Part shown: piece after piece, positions 54,528 to 64,000 of the stretch
How the letters are laid out: each line of letters opens with the position of its first letter
How positions within the stretch are numbered: the first letter of the stretch is position 1
The notes under the pieces: generated by a model
Told to the model about the DNA's origin: nothing
Seen by the model: only the letters and a program-made list of their open reading frames with translations
Databases searched by the model: none
Source: Octopus vulgaris
Taxonomy: Eukaryota
Length of the DNA: 64,000 bases
Direction of reading: 5' to 3'
NCBI GenBank assembly: GCA_951406725.2
Contig: OX597825.1
Location: forward strand, 87,668,001-87,732,000
Position numbers and translations under genes: made by a program

Positions 54528-54702
54528 AGTAATTACATAAATGCAAAAGGTGGAAAACAGTATACCAAACGCAGAGAATTTTCTTTTTTATTGAAGCTGA
54601 AAATTTTGCAAAAATTAGTACTCAACAACACTTAGTGAAAAGTTTTCCCCTGTACACATATATATACATATATATATATAATATATACATACGTATATAT
54701 AC

Positions 54703-54751
<49 letters not shown>

Positions 54752-54859
54752 TGTATGTATATACACACACACAAACACACACACACACACACACGCATAT
54801 ATATATATATATATATATGTAATCTAGCAGTTCTGCAAAAATGTCAGATAGAATAAGTA

Positions 54860-54948
54860 CTCATTATTCATTTTCCCGAGCGTCAAACTGATACACCTGT
54901 TTGTTGTTCATACACCTGTCTTCGTCTTTTGTTTTTCTATAAATTTCC
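54860..54948 (+). mobile_element. PLE pseudo-LTR 3'-terminal fragment ending in (TA)n
   Basis: ttcccgagcgtcaaactgatacacctgtttgttgttcatacacctgtcttcgtcttttgttttt is homologous to the reverse complement of 37010-37080 and 58560-58632. Confidence 0.8.
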
Positions 54949-54976
54949 TATATATATATATATATATATATATATA

Positions 54977-56159
54977 CTAGCATTAAAGATCCGTCGTTGC
55001 CGGGTCATAGTGGTAGTGCATGTATATATGTGTGTATATATGTGTACATATTACACGTACATCTATATATATACATCTACACATAAAATACAAAATACAT
55101 AGTTATATCTTGATATCGCTAGTGACAACAATACTCAAATTATATAAGAGACTGGAATTGTTAGCCCGTCTCTTGTAATTTAGATCAATTGTATCTTGTC
55201 CTCCCTCTTGTATAGAAGTGTGGCTACAATCCAGCCTACCTCTACTTCTGAGGGGGAACATTTAATATTTTTTTCCAGGACGTTCTACATCCCAGATATA
55301 AAGGTAAAAGTAAAATATTTACACTTTGCAAGTTCGAGTCGGGTACTCCCTTGCACGCTCCGTTGACTCGAACATTGCTTCTATTGTGGCGAATTTACCT
55401 CCTCTGATTAGATACCTTTCATAGTCGCACCAAGACACTTTTCGAAGGTGCTTTCCTCCATGTGCTCAAATCTTCTTTTTTCTCTACATTGTATACTTTA
55501 TAGAAAATAGTCTTTTCTTTAATTTAATTTTTTATTATCCATCTGGACTATTTCATTTCTGCAGGCTAATTTTATTTTTAATTTATTCCCATTCATGTGA
55601 AACCACTTATTCAAGTTCAAGTCATTGATGCAATTTTATACCAATTGCTATTTTTACTTTTGTTATGTTACGATTATATTATACTTTAGTTTGATTTTAA
55701 TTATTACTTACTACATATAATTCAATTGTTATTATTATTTTTATTGTTAAAGTGAAAGTATCTGACATAAAATACAGAAACGTTTTTGTTTCACTTTTAA
55801 CATTTAAAACTGAAATAGTGAAGATATGATATTGCTATGGGCTCGCTCTAGGCAAGAAGTTGAACATTTTGTTTTGCCCATGAAACTACATGGACCCTAA
55901 GTAAGGCATGTGTCAAATTTGAATGGAATTGGTTGTGTAGTTCTCAAGTTTTAGGCAATCGTAGTGGAGAAGATATGATATTGCTGTGGGCTCACCTTAG
56001 GCAAAAAGTTCAAAATGTTTTTGCCGAAGACACTCTCCGGACCCTAAGTAAGGCATGTGTAAAATTTGAATGAAATTGGTTGTGTAGTTTTCAAGTTTTA
56101 GGGAAACACACAGACACACAGACAGACAGACACACATTCTCAGTTTTATATATATAAAG

Positions 56160-56160
<1 letters not shown>
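54977..56160 (-). mobile_element. Non-autonomous Helitron
   Basis: Minus strand begins A|TC (tctttatatatataaaactgag, followed by a tgtc microsatellite) and ends with an imperfect GC-rich hairpin (cccggcaacgacgga) about 10 nt before CTAG|T. No TSD. Internal ~135-bp duplication at 55820-55955 / 55969-56102. Confidence 0.85.
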
Positions 56161-56233
<73 letters not shown>

Positions 56234-56516
56234 ACAATTGAGGGTAAAATTAATTAGTTATTAATTAAATTCACCAAAAGTAGTGTTCAGTATGTAAAAG
56301 GACCATTTAAGGCGAATTCAAAATATTACATTATATAATTAGGGCTTAGTAAAATAAATTACTTTGCCACATACTGAACTTTCTAGAAATAGCAGCCAAA
56401 ATGTTTTTTAGCCATTTCCACTACTTTAAGAATTTTAACTCAGATAATGTTTACTCAAAAATAACCCACGAATATATGGAGGTAAAAACAGTAAAATATC
56501 ACAAGTACAAAGATCA

Positions 56517-56580
56517 TTTGAGAACGTCAACGTTTCTAGATTAGTCAAATAAAACTCGGCATTTCCTTCGTCAGCTCAAA
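56517..56580 (-). ncRNA. Type-I hammerhead ribozyme motif (canonical core)
   Basis: Minus strand: tttgag-CTGACGA-aggaaatgccgagttttatttgactaatcta-GAAA-cgt(tg)acg-TT-ctcaaa. Perfect 6-bp stem I, near-palindromic stem III, eroded stem II. Confidence 0.75.
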
Positions 56581-57009
56581 ATTTCTTAATTTTGGATTTG
56601 AAAGCACTAAAAGAATGAACATACCCCTCCGGCAACGTATCACCTCAGACGAACACGCTCAGACTGCCAGTACTAGCAAATTCAAAATGTACAAGCGAAG
56701 ATTCATGTTCTCTCCCCTTCCACCGTTCTCACCGTTAAAATATATGCTACATCATTTCATCCTGAAGAATTTTTAGTACCGGTTTAAGTACTTGCGACTT
56801 TTTCAGCCAAGAGTAAAGAATGAAAAAACATTAAATTGTCGAAAAATTAAATAAAATGTTTTATATATTTCCATAGGTTTCAAATACAAAGAACATTTTC
56901 CTCTTTTCTGTATGTCTGTCTGTCTGCCTGTCTCTCTCTTTTACTCTTGTGAAAACTTGATAGTATGTATTTGCTAGTAGCAGTACTAATATAATATTCG
57001 ATGTGAGTT

Positions 57010-57195
57010 CTTGGATTTGATTGTTTAAGCAGCAGTAGCCGAGGAAGGAGGTGGCGAAGAAGAAGGAGAAGTACAAAGAGAAGACAAAGAAGAAGAAGGA
57101 GAAGAAGAAAAAGAAGAAGAAGAAGGAGAAGGAGAAGAAGAAGAAGTAGAAGAAGAAGAAGAAGAAGAAGAGTAAAAGAAGAATAAGAGGGAGTA
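57010..57195. repeat. (GAA)n-rich polypurine microsatellite
   Basis: Directly visible. Confidence 0.9.
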
Positions 57196-57709
57196 AGAAA
57201 AGGCCGGAAAGTCTAAGAAGCATACGGGAGTGGTATGACAGTAGTAGGATGTTGGTGGAATCCTTTGAAATGGTCAAGTGACCTAAAAGTGACTTGTGGT
57301 GGTTGTGATAGTAATGATTGGAAGTGTTCTGAATAAATTCATGGGTAGCGACTGTTCTGAATGTATCTTTTTTATATTTCCGCGTGTATTATTCTAAGGC
57401 CCTTCTAGTAGTGTCATTTGTATTGGACGCATTCAAAAGGGGTTTATAGTTTGTGATAAAATATGACTTTTTGCTGATGCACAGACTACAGGTCGTATCG
57501 TCCCTGAATGAAAAATTTTGAAGCTAGGTTGTTCGTAAGTGGCGCAAATGTCGATGAGTTCCCTAAATGCTATTTTTTCTGTATTCCCGAATATATGTAT
57601 TCTGCATTAGTTAAGAGACAGTGACGAGCGCAAACTTGTCAATATACTTAGATGTGTGGGTTTTCGGTTCAATTCTCTCGGGTACTAATGCCTGCTTTTT
57701 CCGTCTTGT

Positions 57710-57854
57710 TTGGTAAGAAGCATGCTTCCCAACCACATGGTTCCGGTTTCAGTCTCCCTGCTTGGAACCATGAGAGAGTATCGTCAACTACGACCTCGGG
57801 CCGACTAAAACTTTGTGAGTGCATTTGGTAGCCGAAATTTGAAAGATGCACCAC

Positions 57855-57855
<1 letters not shown>
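57710..57855 (+). mobile_element. SINE family B 5' fragment
   Basis: tggtaagaagcatgcttcccaaccacatggttccggtttcagtc..cctcgggccgactaaaactttgtgagtgcatttggtag. Confidence 0.8.
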
Positions 57856-57889
<34 letters not shown>

Positions 57890-57893
<4 letters not shown>

Positions 57894-58100
57894 TAATCCA
57901 AACATGATAACACAAAGAGAAAACACAACAAAGCGAGGACGTGGAACAAATATAGTATTATTGGACGCTCAGGAAGGAAGGGAAGAAGGAGGGTTTTACG
58001 TTTCGAGCGGAGCTCTACGTCGGAAACATAGGAAAAAGAAAGATCCAGAGAAGGGAAGACGGAGGAAAAAAATCGCCAACGGTACACACGCGGTCACATG
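57890..58100 (-). mobile_element. Solo PLE pseudo-LTR (related subfamily) in (TA)n with a degenerate hammerhead (57993-58027)
   Basis: Minus strand: gttt-CCGACGT-a-gagc(tcc)gctc-GAAA-CG-TA-aaac. Shares gtatta..gacgctcaggaa with the 37060 and 58615 copies. Confidence 0.7.
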
Positions 58101-58344
58101 TATATATATTGTATGAAGGAGCGTGGGTAAGGCCAGAACAATAGGGAATTGATACAAGGCAAATCAAAAGAAAGCAAATATATGAATTATCGAATGCTTA
58201 CCTTGCATTCAATATTTGATAAGAAATTAATGATAAGAAATGGTTATGATAAGAAATTAACCAATGTTGCTGATGTGAGCGTGTGTGGAGGGGACATGTG
58301 CGGACCGACGCATGTACAGTCCACACACGCTCTCACATGCACAG

Positions 58345-58490
58345 AGCGATTCCAGGACTTATTCTTTGTATGCCTAGTACTTATTCTAGAGGTCTCTCTT
58401 CCCGAACCGCTAATTTACGTGGATTTAAAAACATCAAAATCGGTTTTCACGCGATGGTCGCGACAAACATAGTCACAAAGACCCACACAT
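58345..58490 (-). mobile_element. SINE family B internal fragment
   Basis: ccaggacttattctttgtatgcctagtacttattcta..ccgaaccgctaatttacg matches 21490-21560. Confidence 0.75.
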
Positions 58491-58494
58491 ACAC

Positions 58495-58552
<58 letters not shown>

Positions 58553-58650
58553 CGGGGAGCTTTATGAAAATAAACAAAAGACGAAGGCAGGTGGAAAACA
58601 AACGAACAATTGTATTAGTATGGCGCTCAGGAAATATAAATAAAACAAGT

Positions 58651-58686
58651 CTTTAACGTTTCGAGCCTACGCTCTTCAACAGAAAG
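58651..58686 (-). ncRNA. Minimal hammerhead variant (CUGUUGA core) in the PLE pseudo-LTR
   Basis: Minus strand: cttt-CTGTTGA-a-gagc(gtag)gctc-GAAA-CG-TT-aaag. Stems I and II perfect; palindromic ACGU stem III. Confidence 0.8.
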
Positions 58687-58857
58687 ATACACAGAGAGAG
58701 AAAAACACAGAAAGAAGGAGAGAAAAAAATGCGTGCAGTAGCTAACGAATCAACATGGCGATCTGATTTCGGCCAGAGGTCAAAGATCAAACATGAGACG
58801 CGAGAGCGAAATAAGGGGAGATAATAGGGTTGATAAAAGGGTTGAGGAACCAGCTAA

Positions 58858-59190
58858 TAGTGCGTGGGAGGGGTCTGGATGTGTGTATGTATAGGGTTGG
58901 TGTATGTATTAGTATGTATAAGGGTGTGTGTGTGTGTGTATGAGAGAGTATTAGTGCGTAGGATTGGTCTGGACGTGCGTATGTATGGGGTTGGTGTATG
59001 TATTAGTATGTATTAGTATGTATTAGTACGTATTGGTATGTATAGGTGTGTGTGTGTGTGTGTATGAGAGAGTATAAGTGCGTATACGGGGTCTGGACGT
59101 GTGTATGTATAGGGTTGGTGTAAGTATTAGTATGTACTAGTATGTATTAGTACGTATTAGTATGTATTAGTTGGTGTGTGTATTAGTATG
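58858..59190. repeat. Three ~95-125 bp tandem units with internal (TATGTATTAG)n in the PLE 3' UTR
   Basis: Recurring gtgcgt..ggtctggaYgtg.gtatgtat.gggttggtgta.gtattagtatgta at about 58860, 58955 and 59078. Confidence 0.85.
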
Positions 59191-59541
59191 GCACATCATA
59201 TGTGATGTGATGTGTAAAGTCATGTGGTGTAGTGAGGAGAAGAGGGGGAGGGGGAGAAGAGGGGGAGGGGGAGAAGAGGGGGAGAGAAGGGTAGGGGAAG
59301 ACGAGGGGGAGGATAAGGGGGAAGAGGAGAGGATGGGGAGAAGGAAGGGGGGAGGGGGATGAAGGAGGAAAGAGGGAGAGGGGGAGAGAGAAGGGGAGAG
59401 AGGGAGTGAGGGAGCAGAGGGAAGGGGAAGAGGGAGGGAAAAATAGGGAAGAAGGGAAGGGGAGTAGGGGTGAAAGGATGAAGGACTGAAGAAGTAGGGG
59501 TCGGGGGGAGAAAGGATAGGTGAGGAGGGGGAAAAGGGGGG

Positions 59542-61294
59542 TTAGATGAGGAGGGGGGAGAGTTGAGACCAAATGGCGTATAAGAGCGAAGAGAGAAGAT
59601 TAATTCCTGTTCACGGCGCAAACGGGAATCCGGATGGCCTCTGTGTAAGGACAAACCGAACACAGATAGGTGTTGCAAGGAGTGACCGGTGGAGCGGAAA
59701 TGGCGTGAGACCGGTGTGTCGTTCGCAAGGTGGATGTCACGAAGGTGTTCCGCGAACCGGTCAGCCAAGCGGCGTCCCGTTTGTCCGATGTACAAGGAAT
59801 TGCAGAGAGAGCAATAGATGCAATAGATAATATTGCTGGAGGTGCAGGTGAAGGAGTGGATGATGGGATAGGGTCGATGGTGGGTGCTAGTGAGGCGGGT
59901 GGTGTTGGAGAGGTAAGGGCAAGTGCGGCAACGTGGGCGGGAGCAGGGGAACGAGCCGGGTTGGGAGGTAGGGTCAGGGAAGGAGCTATGGACCAAAAGG
60001 TCTCGAAGGTTGTGGGTTCGTTTGAAAGAGGGGAGGGGTCGGTTAGGGAAGAGGTGTGAAGTGGACGGGTCGGACTGGAGATGACGGAAAGCTCGAAGAA
60101 TGGTGCGTTGGAGACGTAGGGTCGTGGGGGTGGTAAGTGAGGAGGGGAAAAGGGAGGCGGGAGACTACAGGGCGGGTTCGGGGAGAGAGAGCAGATACAC
60201 GGTCCACGGACCGTGCTCTGGCAAGGGCGGTGTGGATAGTGGTGAGGGGGTATCCACGTAGGGTGAAGTGGTGAGCCATACGTTGAGACTGAGTCTCAAA
60301 CTCATGGTCGTCATTACAGAGCCTACGTAGACGGAGGAATTGGGAATAGGGGATGGAAAGCTTGGTGTGTTCTGGGTGGGAGGAAGAGAAGTTGAGGTAT
60401 GAGTGTGAGTCTGTGTGTTTGTAGTGAATGGAGGTGGTAAGAGTGGAGTGAAGAATGCTAACCGAAATGTCGAGGAAGGAGACAGAGGTGTTGGAGATAG
60501 TGGAAGTGCAGTGGAGGGCTCGATGGAAAGATTGGACGAAAGAGAGGAAGGAATCTAGATGTTCGCGGGAGAGTGAGGTGGCACCGATAATGTCGTCAAT
60601 GTAACGACCATATAGTTCAGGAGTGGGACCAGTGAAATTAGAGAATATTTGGGCCTCAACATAGCCAACGAACAGGTTCGCATAGTTGGGGCCCATTCGC
60701 GTTCCCATGGCCACTCCCGAGACCTGATGGTAGAACTCGCCCGCGAACGAGAAGCAGTTCAGAGTAAGGACAAGTTCGGCCAGACGAATGAGTGTGGAGG
60801 TGTCAGGTACAGGGTTAGAGCGGAGGTCAAGAAAGTGTCGAAGGGCCTGCAGTCCTTCGTAGTGAGGGATAACAGTATAGAGGCTTTGGATGTCCATAGT
60901 AAAAAGGATTTTGGAGGAGCCGGGAGGAAAGGAGAAAGAGTTGAAAAGCCAGAGAGCATGGTTGGTATCGTGGATGTGGGAGGGAAGAGATGCCACTAGG
61001 GGGCAAGGACACGGTCGAGGTATTTAGAGATGAGCTCCGTGGGGCAGTTACAGGCGGAGACGATGGGGCGGCCAGGGTTGTTGGGTTTGTGGATTTTGGG
61101 GAGGAAGTAAATGGTGGGGGTACGTGGGGTTCGCACAATTAGGTTGGATGCGGTGCGGGGGAGACGGGAGGACGAGATGAGGTCTTGGACAGTAGAGGAT
61201 ACCGTCTGTTGGTAGCTACGTGTGGGGTTAGAGGGCAGAGGGGAATAGAAGGAGGTGTCATTGAGTTGGCGGAAAGCCTCGGCCCTATAGAGGT

Positions 61295-61298
<4 letters not shown>
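59542..61298 (-). pseudogene. PLE reverse transcriptase-GIY-YIG endonuclease ORF (about 586 codons after correcting three homopolymer indels)
   Basis: [93 protein letters not shown] linker, NIIYCIYCSLCNSLYIGQTGR..RFAEH..HF..H..RE..I..GLN. Confidence 0.95.
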
Positions 61299-61353
<55 letters not shown>

Positions 61354-61360
61354 TGTGTGC

Positions 61361-61394
<34 letters not shown>

Positions 61395-62379
61395 GTATAT
61401 ATATGTGTGTGCACATATATATATATATATATACATACCTATACATATATATATATATATACACGCACACACATAACATGTACGCACACCCTTGTGCACT
61501 GTGTATGTATGTGTGTGTGTGTGTGCGAGCGTGCGTGTGTGCATGAATGGAAGTATGCACGTATATATATATGTATCGTATAAGTATCTTATGTGGTATG
61601 CTGATCGCTGATTCATATCTAGAATATTTGCTTATACGCATCGTTTAATGACTACACGAATATGGGGCGTAACTATTAATATCACCCTTCAAACATAGCA
61701 AATGTATAATGATTCACTCATACACAACACACACACACACACACGCACACACACAAACATACACGCGCAAACACATACATATAGGTATACAATTATGAAT
61801 TTATGCATAAAATAAAAATATACATATATTTAAACTCACATATCCATATGTATGTATATACGTACACATGTATATACGTACACACACACACACACACACA
61901 CACACATATTGGTAAATATTTTAAGAATAGTGAATATATCACATCATTAAATTTATGCTAATTAAATGATAAAAGAATGCTGTCTACAAAACTGAGAGGT
62001 GAGATAAGTTTGTGAACAGCCTATGGAGGTCGTAGATTTTCATATTCCATGCTTTAGACATTTTGGCGCCACAGATCTGTTTCAGACATATGGTTCATGT
62101 TATGAAATGTCATGGATTATATTTACCACACAGAGTTCATCAATTTACTTGAAATAATGTAAGATTTTTGCACATATCTCTGCTTTCCAGATGATGCTGT
62201 ATTTGAAAAGGACATTCATTACAAATAGCGATAAAATATTTTGCGTGGTGACATCGGAACTAAGCGAAAACCTGTCAGTGGTTTTGTAGCTGCCGATAAA
62301 CTAACAGAAACCAAAAGTATGGGTAAACACGATTAAGTCAATGTATACAAAATCTATTTTATATTTTATTGCAAACCAA

Positions 62380-62426
<47 letters not shown>

Positions 62427-62694
62427 TTGTGTGAGTTGAAATACAAGTGTGTGTATATTGAAATATAAGCTTACTTGAAACCATGCAAGAGCACGTACAG
62501 ATACACACACATATACATATGCATTCCTTCCTTCCTATCAACCTACCTACAAATTTACCTATCTCTCTACATACATGCGTGCATACACACGTATGTACAT
62601 ACCCATATACTTACACACACACACACACACATACACACATATATAACTAGCGATGTAGTTTGATACCTAGCAATCCAATAATAGTTGTAAAACA

Positions 62695-62782
<88 letters not shown>

Positions 62783-62785
62783 ACT
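62695..62785. repeat. (CTA)n-(CTG)n microsatellite
   Basis: Directly visible. Confidence 0.95.
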
Positions 62786-62808
62786 TCTCCCGCCGCTTCT
62801 GCTGTCGC

Positions 62809-62840
<32 letters not shown>

Positions 62841-63061
62841 CCTGTGTCAGTTGTGCTTATATGAAATGATAACAATGAGTTTAACAATAACAGTTCATTT
62901 AGCAATGAAAAGAAAAATAGGGACGTCTCGGGTGAGTGTACTACAGAAGACTGCGTCGGGTGCCAAAGAGCGAACTGAATGAATTTCAATGATTTAAAAC
63001 TATTAACACCGAGTCAATTCCAGTTATGACGTATAGTTTACAGATCAGATGGAAACTTATT

Positions 63062-63562
63062 TATAGGCGTTGGAAAGGCTGTGTGCTGAGAAGCTTCCTT
63101 CCCAACCACATGGTTCCGGGTTCAGTCCCACTGTGTGGCACCTTGGACAAGTGTGTTCTACTATATCCATGGGTCAACGAAAGCCTTGTAAGACGATTTG
63201 GTTGATGGAAACAGAAAGAATCATATCGTCTATCTATCCATCCATCCATCCGCCAGTCTATCTATCTATCTATCTATCTATATATCTATCTTTCTATCTA
63301 TCTATCCTTCTGTCTGTCTGTTTGTCTGATTCTCTGTCTATCTATTTATTTATCAATCTTCCGTCTGTCTGTCTGTCTATCTGTCTATTCACATGCGTGT
63401 CTGTGTTTGTCCCGCACCACTGATTATCAACAGGATTTGGTATGTTTATGTCTCCGTAACCTGGCGGTTTGCCAAGCGGGTTGGCAAAAGATGAACCAGT
63501 CTAAAAAATGTTCATGGTGGTGCTCCAGCATGGCCGCAGCCTAATGGATGAAACAAGTAAAC
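63062..63562 (+). mobile_element. tRNA-derived SINE, family B, full length
   Basis: A-box-like aggctgtgtgc, B-box ggttcagtccc, internal (TCTA)n, tail gctccagcatggccgcagcctaatggatgaaacaagtaaa. Confidence 0.9.
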
Positions 63563-64000
63563 GATAATAGATACAACATAGAAATATCATGAAACTAGAC
63601 ATTGAGGACGCAATGAGTATAGGACGCTGTCCATGGTCAGTCGCCGGAGAGACTCCAGTCAGTCTCTCCATCCACAAATATATATTGTGTGTGTGTTTGT
63701 GTGTTTGTCTGTGTGTGTGTGTGTGTGTGCTTTGAGTATGCGTATGAACGTTTCTCTTTGGAATGCAGTGTTGTATGATTGACTGAAATATTCATTGAGA
63801 AAATGTAAAACAATTTGAATTGAAACGGTTTGGTGCTGTATATATTGTTACAATAAATGTTCAAAATTCATCAATTCCGTTTTTCGTCCCATTTCTCTAT
63901 TCCTAATGTGACACCCACTCCTTCTTGTCTTCATTGTCTAAACTCATATTGTTTTGACACTTGAACTCTTCCCAACATTAGATTCACAATTAAGTAACTC

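Larger units (their letters stand above)
56231..57640 (-). mobile_element. PLE 3' fragment: decayed GIY-YIG tail, (CTT)n tract and pseudo-LTR with hammerhead, ending in (TA)n
   Basis: Minus strand 57430-57600 reads KIAFRELIDICATYEQPSFKIF..KKSYFITNYKPLLN (E..FI....P.LN end of a PLE GIY-YIG domain). HHR at 56517-56580. Confidence 0.65.
58552..61298 (-). mobile_element. Penelope-like retroelement (Neptune-type), 5'-truncated, inserted in (TA)n
   Basis: RT+GIY-YIG ORF, polypyrimidine (sense) and minisatellite 3' UTR, terminal pseudo-LTR with a hammerhead. Pure (TA)n tracts on both sides (58500-58551, 61299-61350). Confidence 0.95.

Noticed and set aside
58858-59190. Spaced repeats superficially like a CRISPR array
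   Set aside because: Eukaryotic context, non-unique microsatellite spacers, no cas genes; it is a PLE UTR minisatellite.

Overview
AT-rich eukaryotic, essentially non-genic DNA. The tRNA-derived SINE families and the extreme (TA)n/(TACA)n/(CA)n/(TAA)n microsatellite load suggest an octopus/cephalopod genome (inference). No confident host gene is present; one isolated candidate exon lies at 30843-30924. Most ORFs in the track are microsatellite artefacts. The window is a mosaic of retroelements: Penelope-like elements (PLEs; a nearly intact Neptune-type RT+GIY-YIG copy, a decayed Naiad-type copy with inverted pseudo-LTRs, and a third 3' fragment), R4/Dong-like RLE LINEs clustered in TAA repeats, CR1-like and RTE-like LINE fragments, three SINE families, Tc1/mariner remnants and a non-autonomous Helitron. 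The main hidden signal is at least 11 minimal type-I hammerhead-ribozyme-like folds from about 8 sequence-distinct families. They sit in PLE pseudo-LTRs and in 150-450 bp mini-elements embedded in (TA)n tracts, and several carry non-canonical catalytic cores (CUGUUGA, CUGUAGA, CUGAUGC).
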